Source of the DNA: an uncultured Candidatus Saccharibacteria bacterium | Lineage (GTDB): Bacteria > Patescibacteriota > Saccharimonadia > Saccharimonadales > Saccharimonadaceae | Direction of reading: 5' to 3' | DNA: 41,526 nt | Assembly: GCA_964518465.1 (NCBI GenBank) | Contig: CAZFGY010000002.1 | Span: 1-41,526 of the forward strand | Shown: positions 16,792 through 26,569 of the stretch, piece after piece | Numbering within the stretch: position 1 is the stretch's first letter | Layout of the letters: the number at the start of each line of letters is the position of its first letter | The notes under the pieces: generated by a model | Seen by the model: only the letters and a program-made list of their open reading frames with translations | What the model was told of the DNA's origin: nothing | The model's database searches: none | Made by a program: the position numbers and the translations under genes

Positions 16792-17910
16792 TTAGGCCTT
16801 TCGGGATTTTTTGGTGGTGCTGCTAGCGACAGGCTGCGCATTCTTTGAAGGTTTCAGGCAACGCACGATCAAACCAGCGCCCAAGATCATGGCGAGGAAT
16901 CCGGTAAGAATATTAAGGCCTGGGATCATCGCGAGGCATCCCAAAATAACGATACCAAGTAAAGCTTCGATGAAAGCATTGCCTTTGCTATGGGCTAATT
17001 TTTCAATAATAAGATGGCCAAGCCAAAGTCCGGCAAAACCTTGTGAAAGATAAATCAGAACAATATAGAGGAGAGCGATCATGATTGCGACTGGCGCACC
17101 AATAAAGGAGAGAAGCAAAAGTACGAAAAGGATGGGCGCGAAGATAATGACGCCACCACCGATTGCCAGATCTAAACCAATTTTGCCAGTTGTATCTTCA
17201 TCCCCAATGCGGCGATGAGTGTTGGGACAAATAATTAAGATAATCAACATAGCTAGGAAGAGACCTAAGATGCTGATCAATTTGCTAAACCAAACGCCAA
17301 GGGGATTTAGTTCATAGGAGTCTGGAGTGTAAAGATTTAGGCTGCCGTAAGTGACGTTATCGGAACCGGTGACCGCCGCGTCATCATTATAAGTAAGCGT
17401 GCCGCCTATGTCCACTTTACCTTCAAAGGCAATAGTTGCCGCAGAGAGATTAACATTCCCCTTAATTTTGACATCGCGGAGGACAACAGTATTCGCAGAA
17501 GCGGAGAAGTCGCCGGAAAGATCGGCGCGGTTTTCGACACTATAGCCAGCGGCATAGACATCGCGTCCGATTTTGGCATCTGGAGCAATGGAGACGATAC
17601 TCCCAGCGAGGAAAATGTCTTTCTCGGCTTCGGCTGCAAAGTCGACGGTATTACCGCCAACGAAAGCGTATTCTGAGTGGGATTCCAAAGTAAGTTTATT
17701 GCCGAAGCTGAAGAAGAGGCCTTTAACTGTAGTCTGATCGATGACATTATTACCTGCTAGTAGTAAATTATCACCGAACCATAGCGATTCGCTCTCACCG
17801 GTGGCACTAGTTTCCTCACGGAAAGTTGGCTCCGCAGCCAAAACTGGTACGCCGATCAACAGTGCGCACAATGCAGCGGCAACGGTTAAAATTTTAACTT
17901 TGATTTTCAT
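16792..17910 (-). CDS. Membrane protein with signal peptide, beta-helical (bactofilin-like) repeats and C-terminal TM helices
   Basis: Signal-like N-terminus, repeated GxxV/D(I/V)xxAG units and several hydrophobic C-terminal segments. Confidence 0.7.
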   Translation of the reverse strand: MKIKVKILTVAAALCALLIGVPVLAAEPTFREETSATGESESLWFGDNLLLAGNNVIDQTTVKGLFFSFGNKLTLESHSEYAFVGGNTVDFAAEAEKDIFLAGSIVSIAPDAKIGRDVYAAGYSVENRADLSGDFSASANTVVLRDVKIKGNVNLSAATIAFEGKVDIGGTLTYNDDAAVTGSDNVTYGSLNLYTPDSYELNPLGVWFSKLISILGLFLAMLIILIICPNTHRRIGDEDTTGKIGLDLAIGGGVIIFAPILFVLLLLSFIGAPVAIMIALLYIVLIYLSQGFAGLWLGHLIIEKLAHSKGNAFIEALLGIVILGCLAMIPGLNILTGFLAMILGAGLIVRCLKPSKNAQPVASSTTKKSRKA

Positions 17911-17922
17911 GCAATATACCTC

Positions 17923-19104
17923 CTATTTGATATGTTTATCGATTTCTGCATCAGATATTTCGTATTTACGCTTGCGAGCAAAGTAGGTTAAACCTTTGGT
18001 GGCTCCCCAACCGATAAATGCCAAAATAAAGAAATATATAAATCCAAAAGTAGTGAAAGTCGGCTCGGATTCGGTAAAGAGGCTGAGAATAGCTGCGCCG
18101 GCCGACATGGAGGTGACAATCGTCAAGCTATCGATAGAACTAGAAGTGACGTCCTGTTTAATACCCTCGAAGAGCTTTTGGGCAGAATGTACATAATGCT
18201 CGGTCATCGTCCAAAGGTCTTTGACGTATTCAAGTGTATCGCGCAAAGTTTCATAACGATAGCCAGAAATAGCCAAAAAATCCGTGAGATCACGGTCTTC
18301 TTTGGCGATGCGCTCGCGAGTGGAAATATAAGTCGACATTTGATTAATGCGACCATCGATTAAGTTCACTGTCTTAGCATAGCTATCGAGTTTGGTAGAA
18401 AAATTAATAATATCACTGCCTTTGACTTTGTCGCGCTCTTTGACCGCATCGATCTTTTCCCAGATGATGCGGTGGAGATTCAAATAACGGTGAAGCTGAC
18501 CTTTAAACTCGCGGATAAAAACTTGCTCTTCGATATAACGTTCGATATTGCCAATCTGGGCTTTCTTATTATTGATAAAGTAATATTTATCACCGCGCAA
18601 AACACTGTAATTTTTATTGTCGAATTCAAAATATTTTTGACGCTCGGTCTTGGAAAGAAGTTCAGCAATGTCTTCATGCGTCGCATTATTGCAGACGATG
18701 AAATATGGGAAGATATTTTCGATGTGTGCAAGCTCTTTCGGTACAGGAGCACCGAGACTAAAAAGATAGTTGATGGCAGGTGAAAGCTTGCCTTCGTAAT
18801 AGCCCTTCAGACGTTCAATATCGGCAAACATAGTCGCCTCACTCACTTGATCGCTGCTGACGATAATCAATCCGTCCTCAAAAATTTTGACTTTGATCTG
18901 GTCGCTGGTATTAAAAGATACAAACTCTTCGCCGGCGACACCATATTCGATGCTACCGATATTGAGGTTGCGATGTAAATCTTCTAATTTTTGTTTATTA
19001 AGACGCAGCTGAGTACTAGCATCGCGCAAAAAATCATAAACTTCCGAAAGCTGCAACATTGTGCGCTGGAACCAGCCACCAATGTAGATACTATTAATTT
19101 TCAT
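17923..19104 (-). CDS. Hypothetical membrane protein with CorA-like architecture (soluble helical domain plus 2 C-terminal TM helices)
   Basis: Long ORF with GGGAGG RBS and two C-terminal hydrophobic segments; there is no GMN motif, so function is uncertain. Confidence 0.6.
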   Translation of the reverse strand: MKINSIYIGGWFQRTMLQLSEVYDFLRDASTQLRLNKQKLEDLHRNLNIGSIEYGVAGEEFVSFNTSDQIKVKIFEDGLIIVSSDQVSEATMFADIERLKGYYEGKLSPAINYLFSLGAPVPKELAHIENIFPYFIVCNNATHEDIAELLSKTERQKYFEFDNKNYSVLRGDKYYFINNKKAQIGNIERYIEEQVFIREFKGQLHRYLNLHRIIWEKIDAVKERDKVKGSDIINFSTKLDSYAKTVNLIDGRINQMSTYISTRERIAKEDRDLTDFLAISGYRYETLRDTLEYVKDLWTMTEHYVHSAQKLFEGIKQDVTSSSIDSLTIVTSMSAGAAILSLFTESEPTFTTFGFIYFFILAFIGWGATKGLTYFARKRKYEISDAEIDKHIK

Positions 19105-19218
19105 TTAACCTCCCATCGTGCGCGGCGTACTGATATTTGCAATTACCTCGCTATTTACTTTCATCATATCATAAAAGGTTTAGGTTGTGTGAAGTTTGAC
19201 AATTTTATAGTTTCGCGG

Positions 19219-19503
19219 CTATAGGATTTCGATGAGTTTGTGGCGGGAGCTGGCGCCACATTTAATAACGACGCAGGACTTTGCAACGCAAAAATACTCA
19301 GCAAGAAGCTTAATGAGGGCAGCGTTCGCGGCACCGTCGACCGGCTTTTCGCGGAGATAGACGGTGAGATGGCTGGCGACCGCAGAGTTGTTAGCCTGGA
19401 TCGTGGTGGCGCCGTTCGAGAAATTGCCAGAAGCCGCGGCAGGAGTTTCGACGACGAGCGGACCCTTTTTTGAACCGGGCTTAACAGTGACAGAGTAAAT
19501 CAT
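19219..19503 (-). CDS. DUF167/YggU (UPF0235) family protein
   Basis: VTVKPGSK...[18 protein letters not shown]...G..SRHK. Confidence 0.85.
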   Translation of the reverse strand: MIYSVTVKPGSKKGPLVVETPAAASGNFSNGATTIQANNSAVASHLTVYLREKPVDGAANAALIKLLAEYFCVAKSCVVIKCGASSRHKLIEIL

Positions 19504-19504
19504 G

Positions 19505-20191
19505 CTAACTTTCGAGCAACCATTTGATAACTTGCGCTTTCAGGAATAAATATTCGTCTTTTTCGAACTGCATGTTGGCAATACAGTATTCTTTTTGTTC
19601 GATGTGGGAGCAGAACATACATTCGTGAAGAGTGTTGGCGTCTTGGATGAAAAGCGAGTTGGTGATTTTGTTGCTACAAATCACGCCATAAGAATTGGAG
19701 CAGTTGCTTGAATCGTCGGTGCGAATACAAAAGTTGAGCGTGCCGCTGCGCGAGCAGGCAAGGCAAAAACTACAATCATAACTATCGTCGCAGTAGAGAA
19801 GGTTTTTGCCGCGGCCGCAATTCGTCGAGCCGTAGATATTGACGGAATCGTAAATCGGATCGCTACAATGAACATTCTCGCTATGATAAACGCGCTCGGT
19901 CGACATATCGTTGATGTCATCCCAAGCGGCGAGGACATCTTTCATGCTAGAGAGCGGGCGATATGGCCGTTCCCATTTATAGTCCCAAGTGTTCTTATCG
20001 ATCATAAATTTCTTGGCGTTTGGAACGGAGGTATAGGTAGTTTCGCCGGAAGTGCTATCTTTGACTACAGTCGGAAGCTGGAGGTCGAAAGCAAATTTTT
20101 CTTTTAACTTCTCGAGCGTGAAAGGGTTGTCCTGGCCGAAGACGGCTTGGAAGATTTTGTCGGCGGTAGCGAGGGCTTCGGGAGCGAGCAT
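19505..20191 (-). CDS. Cys/Ser/Asn-rich repeat hypothetical protein
   Basis: Periodic C/S-x-N/D-C repeats in the C-terminal half, ending [13 protein letters not shown]. Confidence 0.7.
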   Translation of the reverse strand: MLAPEALATADKIFQAVFGQDNPFTLEKLKEKFAFDLQLPTVVKDSTSGETTYTSVPNAKKFMIDKNTWDYKWERPYRPLSSMKDVLAAWDDINDMSTERVYHSENVHCSDPIYDSVNIYGSTNCGRGKNLLYCDDSYDCSFCLACSRSGTLNFCIRTDDSSNCSNSYGVICSNKITNSLFIQDANTLHECMFCSHIEQKEYCIANMQFEKDEYLFLKAQVIKWLLES

Positions 20192-20203
20192 GTTTTTTCC
20201 TTC

Positions 20204-22186
20204 TTAGTTTTGCTTGACTTCTGAATTCATAGCTTTACGGCTGGTGCTAGAAGCGCGAAGCACGTCGGCCGCGCTAGCAGAGTCGTCGAATGAAAAATTA
20301 AATTGTTTGTTCTGGTTTAATTGTAGTACAGGTTCGGTTTGATGAACGGGGTTCGTGGCTAAACTTTGCATGGCGGAGGTTGCGAAGGGCTGAGGGACGA
20401 CTGCGGGCAGACCGAAATCGAGCGTGCGGCCTTTGCAGCCAGGATACGTTTCATCGCCGCGGCTAATTTGGATGAAACATTCGCGTGATTTCAAACCAGT
20501 GAGGAGAACCTCTTTGTCTTCAGTCTTGTCGCTACCGGCGAGACTGATGTTCAAGTTATGGGTAAGAAGCTCGGCATCGCTTTTGGAGACGCGAAAAACG
20601 TAATAATTTGCGGTATTAGCAAAAATCGCCGAACGCAATTCTTCGCTGAACTGACCGAAATATTGGCCGGCGAGCATGACCGAAGTTTTATATTTGCGCA
20701 GTTCGGAAAGAAAGCGGGAGAGAATGGGATTTTCGATGATGGCAACTTCGTCAATAATCACGATGAGGTGCTGGTCGATGAGAGATTTCTGAGCAAAGAG
20801 GAAAAGTTGCTGGAGCAGTAGACCAGCGATGGTTTGAGTGACTTTATTGCCGAGGCGCGGGCGGCTGAGCGAGAAAATTGTGAGAAAATTACTACGGATT
20901 TGCGTAGAAAGGTTACTAGCGGAAGTTTCGTCGTTAAAAACCGGCACCATTTGCATTTCGTCGATAAAAACAATAATTGGCGCGACGGCAGTGGCATAGG
21001 CGCGGGTGCGGAGCTCGTTGAAATCAGCGAGGAAGAAACGAGTGACACTGATCGGAACGTTGTCTTTTTCCTGCTCAATAATTTTATTGCGGTATTCGAC
21101 ATCGGTCAAAAGCTCGCGCAAGCGAAGGAAAGAAAAGTCGCCGGCCGTCATCAGCAAGAAACTTGCATAACGCAAAACGCGCTCAAGTTCGCTATTATAA
21201 TCACTGCCCATCAACGAGCGGAACAAGGTCAACATCAATTCGACGCCCACATTAATATCGTCGGCGTTAGTCTGGAAAAGGTTGATACTCTCGCGTGAAG
21301 ATTGGAAGTTGAGAATATTTTTACTTTCGATGCCGGCGCAATCATTTTTTAGAGCATCGTGCGGGTCAATGATGACAATTTTATATTGATCGGGCGCAGT
21401 GCGATAAATTTTATCGATGAAAGAGGCGAGAAATTTAGATTTGCCGGAACCAGAGCCGCCTAAAACTAAAGAATGTTTCGCAAAATCGTAAGAATCGTGG
21501 CGCAAAAATGCGTTTATTTTATAATATGGAAAACTATCAATTTCGAAGAGCGAATTATTTTCGGATTTATTTAGTAATTTTAAAACTTTTTCGATTTTCA
21601 AATATTTCGGAAACTTTTTGAAAGTATAATTTTTAGTTTTGGAGAAATTAACAGCCAGCAAATTCGCAGGGTTAAAAAGCGCGAGACGACGGCGATAAAG
21701 TCGATCTTTCGCTGTGGTAATGTCGGGATGTTTCGCTGCAGCAGGTTTGGGGATTTTGTGTTGCTCGGTAGAGTAAATTAGATGGGCAGAGCCGGTGAAA
21801 AGTTTTTTACAGGTGCGAAAATTGAGAGTGAGACTCTGGAAATTGGCGCCGGACTTTTGCAGTTTGCGAGCGAGATGGAGGCAGGTTTCATCTTGGCGAT
21901 TGAGATAAGGGATTTTTGCGCGGGAAGGAGCGGCAGGGAGTTGAAGTCTCGCAAGATCTTTAGTTGTTTTCAATTCTTTAAGTAGAAAATCGGCAAGGCC
22001 GAAGCTGAGCGGGAGGGGCTTTGGGCTTTCGAGATAGTAATGTAGAGTAGTAGCGTCAAGACGAAGGGTGATTCTCCAGGAAGCAAAAAGACCGAGATAA
22101 TCTGCGACGGTTGACAAAAACTCACGCCATTTCGCTGCGTCTAGATCGCCACCACCTAGAAAAATTTCATAGGTCCAATTTTTCAC
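20204..22186 (-). CDS. HerA/VirB4/TraG-like P-loop ATPase (DUF87-type)
   Basis: Walker A GGSGSGKS, IIDPH, Walker B VIIDE and SELRKY..AGQY. The probable GTG start is 6 nt after TATAAT. Confidence 0.8.
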   Translation of the reverse strand: MKNWTYEIFLGGGDLDAAKWREFLSTVADYLGLFASWRITLRLDATTLHYYLESPKPLPLSFGLADFLLKELKTTKDLARLQLPAAPSRAKIPYLNRQDETCLHLARKLQKSGANFQSLTLNFRTCKKLFTGSAHLIYSTEQHKIPKPAAAKHPDITTAKDRLYRRRLALFNPANLLAVNFSKTKNYTFKKFPKYLKIEKVLKLLNKSENNSLFEIDSFPYYKINAFLRHDSYDFAKHSLVLGGSGSGKSKFLASFIDKIYRTAPDQYKIVIIDPHDALKNDCAGIESKNILNFQSSRESINLFQTNADDINVGVELMLTLFRSLMGSDYNSELERVLRYASFLLMTAGDFSFLRLRELLTDVEYRNKIIEQEKDNVPISVTRFFLADFNELRTRAYATAVAPIIVFIDEMQMVPVFNDETSASNLSTQIRSNFLTIFSLSRPRLGNKVTQTIAGLLLQQLFLFAQKSLIDQHLIVIIDEVAIIENPILSRFLSELRKYKTSVMLAGQYFGQFSEELRSAIFANTANYYVFRVSKSDAELLTHNLNISLAGSDKTEDKEVLLTGLKSRECFIQISRGDETYPGCKGRTLDFGLPAVVPQPFATSAMQSLATNPVHQTEPVLQLNQNKQFNFSFDDSASAADVLRASSTSRKAMNSEVKQN

Positions 22187-22193
22187 ACTTATA

Positions 22194-23645
22194 TTATAAC
22201 ATCTCTGTCTGGCCAAAGGTGCGCTTTTCGGTCCAATCTCTTTCCAAAAGGCTAGCTACTTCAAGACAGTTTTCGGCGGTAACTTGAAGCTGATGTCCAA
22301 AATCAGCTAAGGTAGTTAGACTGCTACCAAACCCTGCCAAAGGCCCGTCTATCATAGTTACCAAAGTGGCATTTGGAGCGAATTGCAGTCCTTTTTGAAC
22401 AGTTTTATGTAAATCTTCAAAGGTTCGAGAAAGGTAAAACTCTTTCACTTGATCGGCTAGCAAGCTCTTGGTGTCGGCAAAATTGTTAGTAATGGTCCCC
22501 AACCCAAAAAGAGCGAGAAATGCTTTAGCCATTTTAAACAAAAATGGGGGCACTGCGATATTGTATTGGGTAAAAACTCCGATCATTTCAACGAAAAATT
22601 GTGCCACTGGCATATTCCGAAGTTGCGAAACTTTTTCTTCCATCTCATGAGTAAGCTTCGCTCGATCTACTGCGCTAGATGTGCTAGCAGAAAGTATCCA
22701 ATCTACAATTCTGTCAGCTTTCCCTATATAGGAATTGAGGAAAAGTTTTCGGGTTAGCTCCACTTCAGTAGCATCGAATTGGAACACAAGCCCCATGTCT
22801 AGAAAACCAATATTCCCGACTTCATCTATGTAGATATTGCCACTATGCGGATCACCGTGAAAAACTACCGGTAAATTATGCAATAAAGCATAGAAGGAGA
22901 GACGAATGTAATCGTTCTCTGCGCGCGCAATACGCTGTTTATTTTGAGTCGTGAGTGGTATCTTATTGATCGTTGGTGTAGAAATATATTGCATCACGAT
23001 AACATTAGTAGTACACAAATTCTGGTATAGCTTTGGGGTTTTAATTTGAACTGCTCCCGCTATTTTGCCATTGACGTTTTCTGCAAATTCTTGATAGTTT
23101 TGGATGTTTTGGCGTTCGTGAACGAAATCTGCTTCTTGCATAATCCAATTTAAATAATTTTCGAGTGCCTCATCGCCACCAAGTAAATTAGAGAAACCGA
23201 CGAAGCGTCCAAAACGATGCATAAAACGACGGATTTGCTTAATGTCACGCTTGGTTTTACGCAGAACGTTTGGACGTTTAATTTTAAGGGCGACCTCTTC
23301 GCCAGTTTTAAGTACTGCACGATGAACTTGTGAAATTGATGCAGAGCCTAGCGGTAGAGGATCAATATGTTGGAACTTCTCTTCCACTCGGCAATGATAT
23401 TCATTTTCGAGCAAATGTTTCATTTTGGAGAACGGTAATGGATTACAACGATCACAAATCTGAGCGAGTTGTTGGCGATCCTCTTCAGAAAAAACACCAT
23501 CAATATTCTGCATAGCTAAGATTTGGGCAATTTTAATATAGACCACGCCCATTTTTTCCGCAAAGCTGCAAATTACTTTTCCTGTACTTTGACGAAAGAC
23601 ATACTTTCGGACCAGCATAACTGCCGCATAAAAATATAATCTCAT
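22194..23645 (-). CDS. ABC1/UbiB/AarF-family atypical kinase
   Basis: YIKIAQ, SASISQVHRA, VALKIKRP, FHGDPHSGN and LDMG. Confidence 0.9.
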   Translation of the reverse strand: MRLYFYAAVMLVRKYVFRQSTGKVICSFAEKMGVVYIKIAQILAMQNIDGVFSEEDRQQLAQICDRCNPLPFSKMKHLLENEYHCRVEEKFQHIDPLPLGSASISQVHRAVLKTGEEVALKIKRPNVLRKTKRDIKQIRRFMHRFGRFVGFSNLLGGDEALENYLNWIMQEADFVHERQNIQNYQEFAENVNGKIAGAVQIKTPKLYQNLCTTNVIVMQYISTPTINKIPLTTQNKQRIARAENDYIRLSFYALLHNLPVVFHGDPHSGNIYIDEVGNIGFLDMGLVFQFDATEVELTRKLFLNSYIGKADRIVDWILSASTSSAVDRAKLTHEMEEKVSQLRNMPVAQFFVEMIGVFTQYNIAVPPFLFKMAKAFLALFGLGTITNNFADTKSLLADQVKEFYLSRTFEDLHKTVQKGLQFAPNATLVTMIDGPLAGFGSSLTTLADFGHQLQVTAENCLEVASLLERDWTEKRTFGQTEML

Positions 23646-23676
23646 GGCACTCCTTTTTTACAGTATAATATAGATA

Positions 23677-24387
23677 ATGAAGTTACGGGAAGGAATCATT
23701 CGAGAACTAAAAAGTCAGCAGGATCTGAAATATCATGATTTTCATGGTAGTCTTTGCCCGGGCACAAGCAATATAATCGGGGTCAGAGTACCGGTGCTAA
23801 GAAAAATTGCACGGCAAATAGCACATGACGATTGGAGAGAATTTCTGGAAGCGTGTCAGAATGAATTTTATGAAGAAACGATGGTCGAAGGTTTGGTTAT
23901 TGCAACCGCGAAAATGGGCTTCAAAGAGCGCTTAGAAAGGCTCAGTAAATTTGTACCGAAAATTGATAATTGGGCGGTTTGCGACGTAGTTTGCGCCAGT
24001 ATTCGGACGTCAGAAGTAAATCAGCCAGAAATGTGGAATTTTCTACAATCTTATCGTAATCGCACGCGGGAATTTGAACTGCGCTTTATGATTGTAATGA
24101 TGATGGATCATTTTTTGGAGGAAGAGTATTTGACGCAAATTTTCCAAACTATAGACCAGATTAATGCGCGCGATTACTACGTCGAGATGGCAATTGCTTG
24201 GCTAGTTGCTACTGTTTTTGCAAAATTCCGGAGCGAAGCCTTAGCGTTTCTGCAAGAAAATCATCTGAGTGATTTTGCACAAAACAAGTCCATCCAGAAA
24301 ATTCGGGAATCATACCGGGTTTCTGATCAGGACAAGCAATTGGTTTTGGAGTTGAAACGACCTCAGAAAAATCGGAAGTTGCACTAG
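23677..24387 (+). CDS. AlkD-like DNA alkylation repair protein
   Basis: IGVRVPVLRKIA, IDNWAVCD, YYVEMAIAW and IQKIRESYR. Confidence 0.88.
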   Translation: MKLREGIIRELKSQQDLKYHDFHGSLCPGTSNIIGVRVPVLRKIARQIAHDDWREFLEACQNEFYEETMVEGLVIATAKMGFKERLERLSKFVPKIDNWAVCDVVCASIRTSEVNQPEMWNFLQSYRNRTREFELRFMIVMMMDHFLEEEYLTQIFQTIDQINARDYYVEMAIAWLVATVFAKFRSEALAFLQENHLSDFAQNKSIQKIRESYRVSDQDKQLVLELKRPQKNRKLH

Positions 24388-24556
24388 CTGATTCGGATTG
24401 ATGCCCAGAAAAAGCAATGAAGATTGCTGGGACGATGAGACATTCGACGACATGAAACAGTAGATGTAAAACGAGTAGCGCAACTCCGAAAGCACCCAGA
24501 CGTTTCACCCGCAGAGTGTGAAAATGTTCTTTGAAGCCACAATGACAATGTTTCAT
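24209..24556 (-). CDS. His/Cys-rich small membrane protein (3' part overlaps the AlkD-like gene)
   Basis: TGATATAAT 7 nt upstream of the ATG; MKHCHC...EHFH, then hydrophobic LLVLHLLFHVVECLIVPAIF. Confidence 0.5.
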   Translation of the reverse strand: MKHCHCGFKEHFHTLRVKRLGAFGVALLVLHLLFHVVECLIVPAIFIAFSGHQSESASATSDFSEVVSTPKPIACPDQKPGMIPEFSGWTCFVQNHSDDFLAETLRLRSGILQKQ

Positions 24557-24574
24557 GTCAATGATTATATCATA

Positions 24575-24985
24575 CTACTTGCCAGAGAAAAGCCAGTAAA
24601 TAAAGGCACCGACAACAGCGGCCAACATTACAGTCGCAAGCCAAAAGAGTACACCAAGAAAACCGGAAAACCAACGGCGAACTTTACGTTTATCATAAGC
24701 TGCAATCGCTTCGCTAAGCTCGTCATGCAAAATTGCATCTTCACGCAGGCTACGACGGACAATTTCTGTCACAGCATCAATGGCCAGGACTTGAGTCGAG
24801 AGACATCCCGCAAAAGTACGAGCAAAACGTTCATTGCTCTTAAGACGACGCTCAAGACGCACTAGTCTCTGATCAAGATCGCTGAGCTTGTTATCTTTTT
24901 TTAGCAATGCCTTACTAAGATCGACCAAATCTGGGTTTAATTTTGTATTTTCGAGCGCAGTATCTTGAGCTGCTGCTTTTTCCAT
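24575..24985 (-). CDS. Coiled-coil protein with a C-terminal TM anchor
   Basis: GGAGG RBS before ATG 24985; heptad-like middle and hydrophobic C-terminus. Confidence 0.7.
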   Translation of the reverse strand: MEKAAAQDTALENTKLNPDLVDLSKALLKKDNKLSDLDQRLVRLERRLKSNERFARTFAGCLSTQVLAIDAVTEIVRRSLREDAILHDELSEAIAAYDKRKVRRWFSGFLGVLFWLATVMLAAVVGAFIYWLFSGK

Positions 24986-25084
24986 CTTGGGCCTCCACTT
25001 CCTCATATGTGCACTTTGCCCAAGAGTGCTTAATTTTCCCTTTTCCCACTCGTGCTTTTCTTTAGTATAGCATAACAGGTATAA

Positions 25085-25113
25085 AAAAGTGTTGTAAAAA
25101 TTACAACACTTTT
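25085..25113. repeat. AT-rich palindrome, copy 1 (terminator or protein-binding site)
   Basis: AAAAGTGTTGTAA-aaa-TTACAACACTTTT; near-identical copy at 32441-32467. Confidence 0.75.
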
Positions 25114-25125
25114 GAGGATGGTTAT

Positions 25126-26052
25126 TTAGATTTCTATGAGTTCGTAGGCGCGTGAGCCTAGACCGATTTTTTCGGCATGTTCGAGCATGTGTTCACCGTT
25201 TTGACGCTTAACACGCGCAAGGAACTTCTCACGACCCGGATCGGTAGAATTCTTGATTTGGTCGAGACAAGCCTGATCGAGCGCAACTGGATCGAGCGAA
25301 GCTAAAATGCCGATGTCTTGCATACAAGGAGTTTCGGGATGAGCGCTACAATCGCAATCGCGAGAAAGATTATTCATTACGGCAATATATAAAATGGGGT
25401 GCTCTTGATTAGTCTTAGCTGCAAAATAATCTGATACAGCTTTGGCTGCTTCGGCCATGGCTTCGAGAAAGTCATCTTGGATAGCGTCAAGATCAATGCC
25501 CTCAGGAGGATTTGGACTCCAACAAGCCATGAGTTTTTGCGGATCGCGCGTACGGCCAACGGTGTGAAGGTAAGCTTTGCCGGCGGCAGAAGCGATGCCA
25601 ATGGATTGATTTTTGATTACGCCACCAAATCCACCCATAGGATGACCTTTGAAATGCGCGAGATTGATCAAGCTATCATAATTGGCGAGGTGCTGTCCAA
25701 CGGGATCGACGTCCAACTTTTCACCGTGCACTGGAAGGTCCATGTCGCCATCAGCATCCATAATATCGACTTCGGCAATATCAGTGAAACCATGCTCCTT
25801 GGCCGCCTGAAGGTGAGATGTAGTATCGCCGCGACGTCCACCATAGGCAGTATTACACTCGACAATTGCCCCAGAAACTCGATGAACTAAGTCCGCGATC
25901 AATTCAGGTTTGAGATAATTTTTGCCGCCTGGTTCTCCGGTGGAAATTTTCACAGCGACTTTCCCTTGTGGCGTTACACTGAGTTTTTGAAAAAGATTCA
26001 CCAACGCGGTGGGGGTGATTTCTCGAGTAAAATAGACTTGAGATTTTGGCAT
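25126..26052 (-). CDS. DUF362-domain (putative Fe-S) protein
   Basis: VAVKISTGE, ECNTAYGG.R, HFKGH..GGFGG.IKN, DCDC and DPVALDQAC. Confidence 0.85.
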   Translation of the reverse strand: MPKSQVYFTREITPTALVNLFQKLSVTPQGKVAVKISTGEPGGKNYLKPELIADLVHRVSGAIVECNTAYGGRRGDTTSHLQAAKEHGFTDIAEVDIMDADGDMDLPVHGEKLDVDPVGQHLANYDSLINLAHFKGHPMGGFGGVIKNQSIGIASAAGKAYLHTVGRTRDPQKLMACWSPNPPEGIDLDAIQDDFLEAMAEAAKAVSDYFAAKTNQEHPILYIAVMNNLSRDCDCSAHPETPCMQDIGILASLDPVALDQACLDQIKNSTDPGREKFLARVKRQNGEHMLEHAEKIGLGSRAYELIEI

Positions 26053-26104
26053 AATTACTCCTGTTTGATTTTCTTTTACTATTATAACGTGTATAATGAT
26101 GATT

Positions 26105-26569
26105 ATGAAGATGCGAGGTTTTGAAATTGCTAAAGGATGGGAAAATAAAGGAATAAATTTACCAAAGCGATCGACTAAACATGCCGCGGGCTATGATATT
26201 GAAGCAGCTGAGGATGTAGTAGTGCCGGCTTTTATGCCGGGCGCAAAGCCAACTTTTGTACCGACGGGGTTAAAGGCTTACTGCCAGCCAGATGAATGTT
26301 ATTTTGTGATTAATCGTAGCTCTGGAGCTGGCAAAGGAATTGTGCTGGCAAACGGCATTGGTGTAATCGATGCAGATTATTACGGAAACTCTAGCAATGA
26401 TGGTCATTTCCAGGTGCTAGTATTTAATGTCTTAGACCATGATATTACAATTCGAAAAGGCGATCGCATTGCGCAAGTAATTTTCCAAAAGTTTTTGCTC
26501 GTGGATAACGACGCAGCTTCGGGAGAGCGAACGGGCGGGTTTGGCTCGACTAATTCTCTTTTGGCTTAG
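26105..26569 (+). CDS. dut: Trimeric dUTPase
   Basis: AGYDI, RSS, GVIDADYY, RIAQ and RTGGFGST; start ATG 26105 is 7 nt after TATAAT. Confidence 0.93.
   Translation: MKMRGFEIAKGWENKGINLPKRSTKHAAGYDIEAAEDVVVPAFMPGAKPTFVPTGLKAYCQPDECYFVINRSSGAGKGIVLANGIGVIDADYYGNSSNDGHFQVLVFNVLDHDITIRKGDRIAQVIFQKFLLVDNDAASGERTGGFGSTNSLLA

Noticed and set aside
19105-19218. Possible metal-sensing riboswitch upstream of the CorA-like gene
   Set aside because: The leader is short and I could not match M-box, yybP-ykoY or fluoride riboswitch consensus features.
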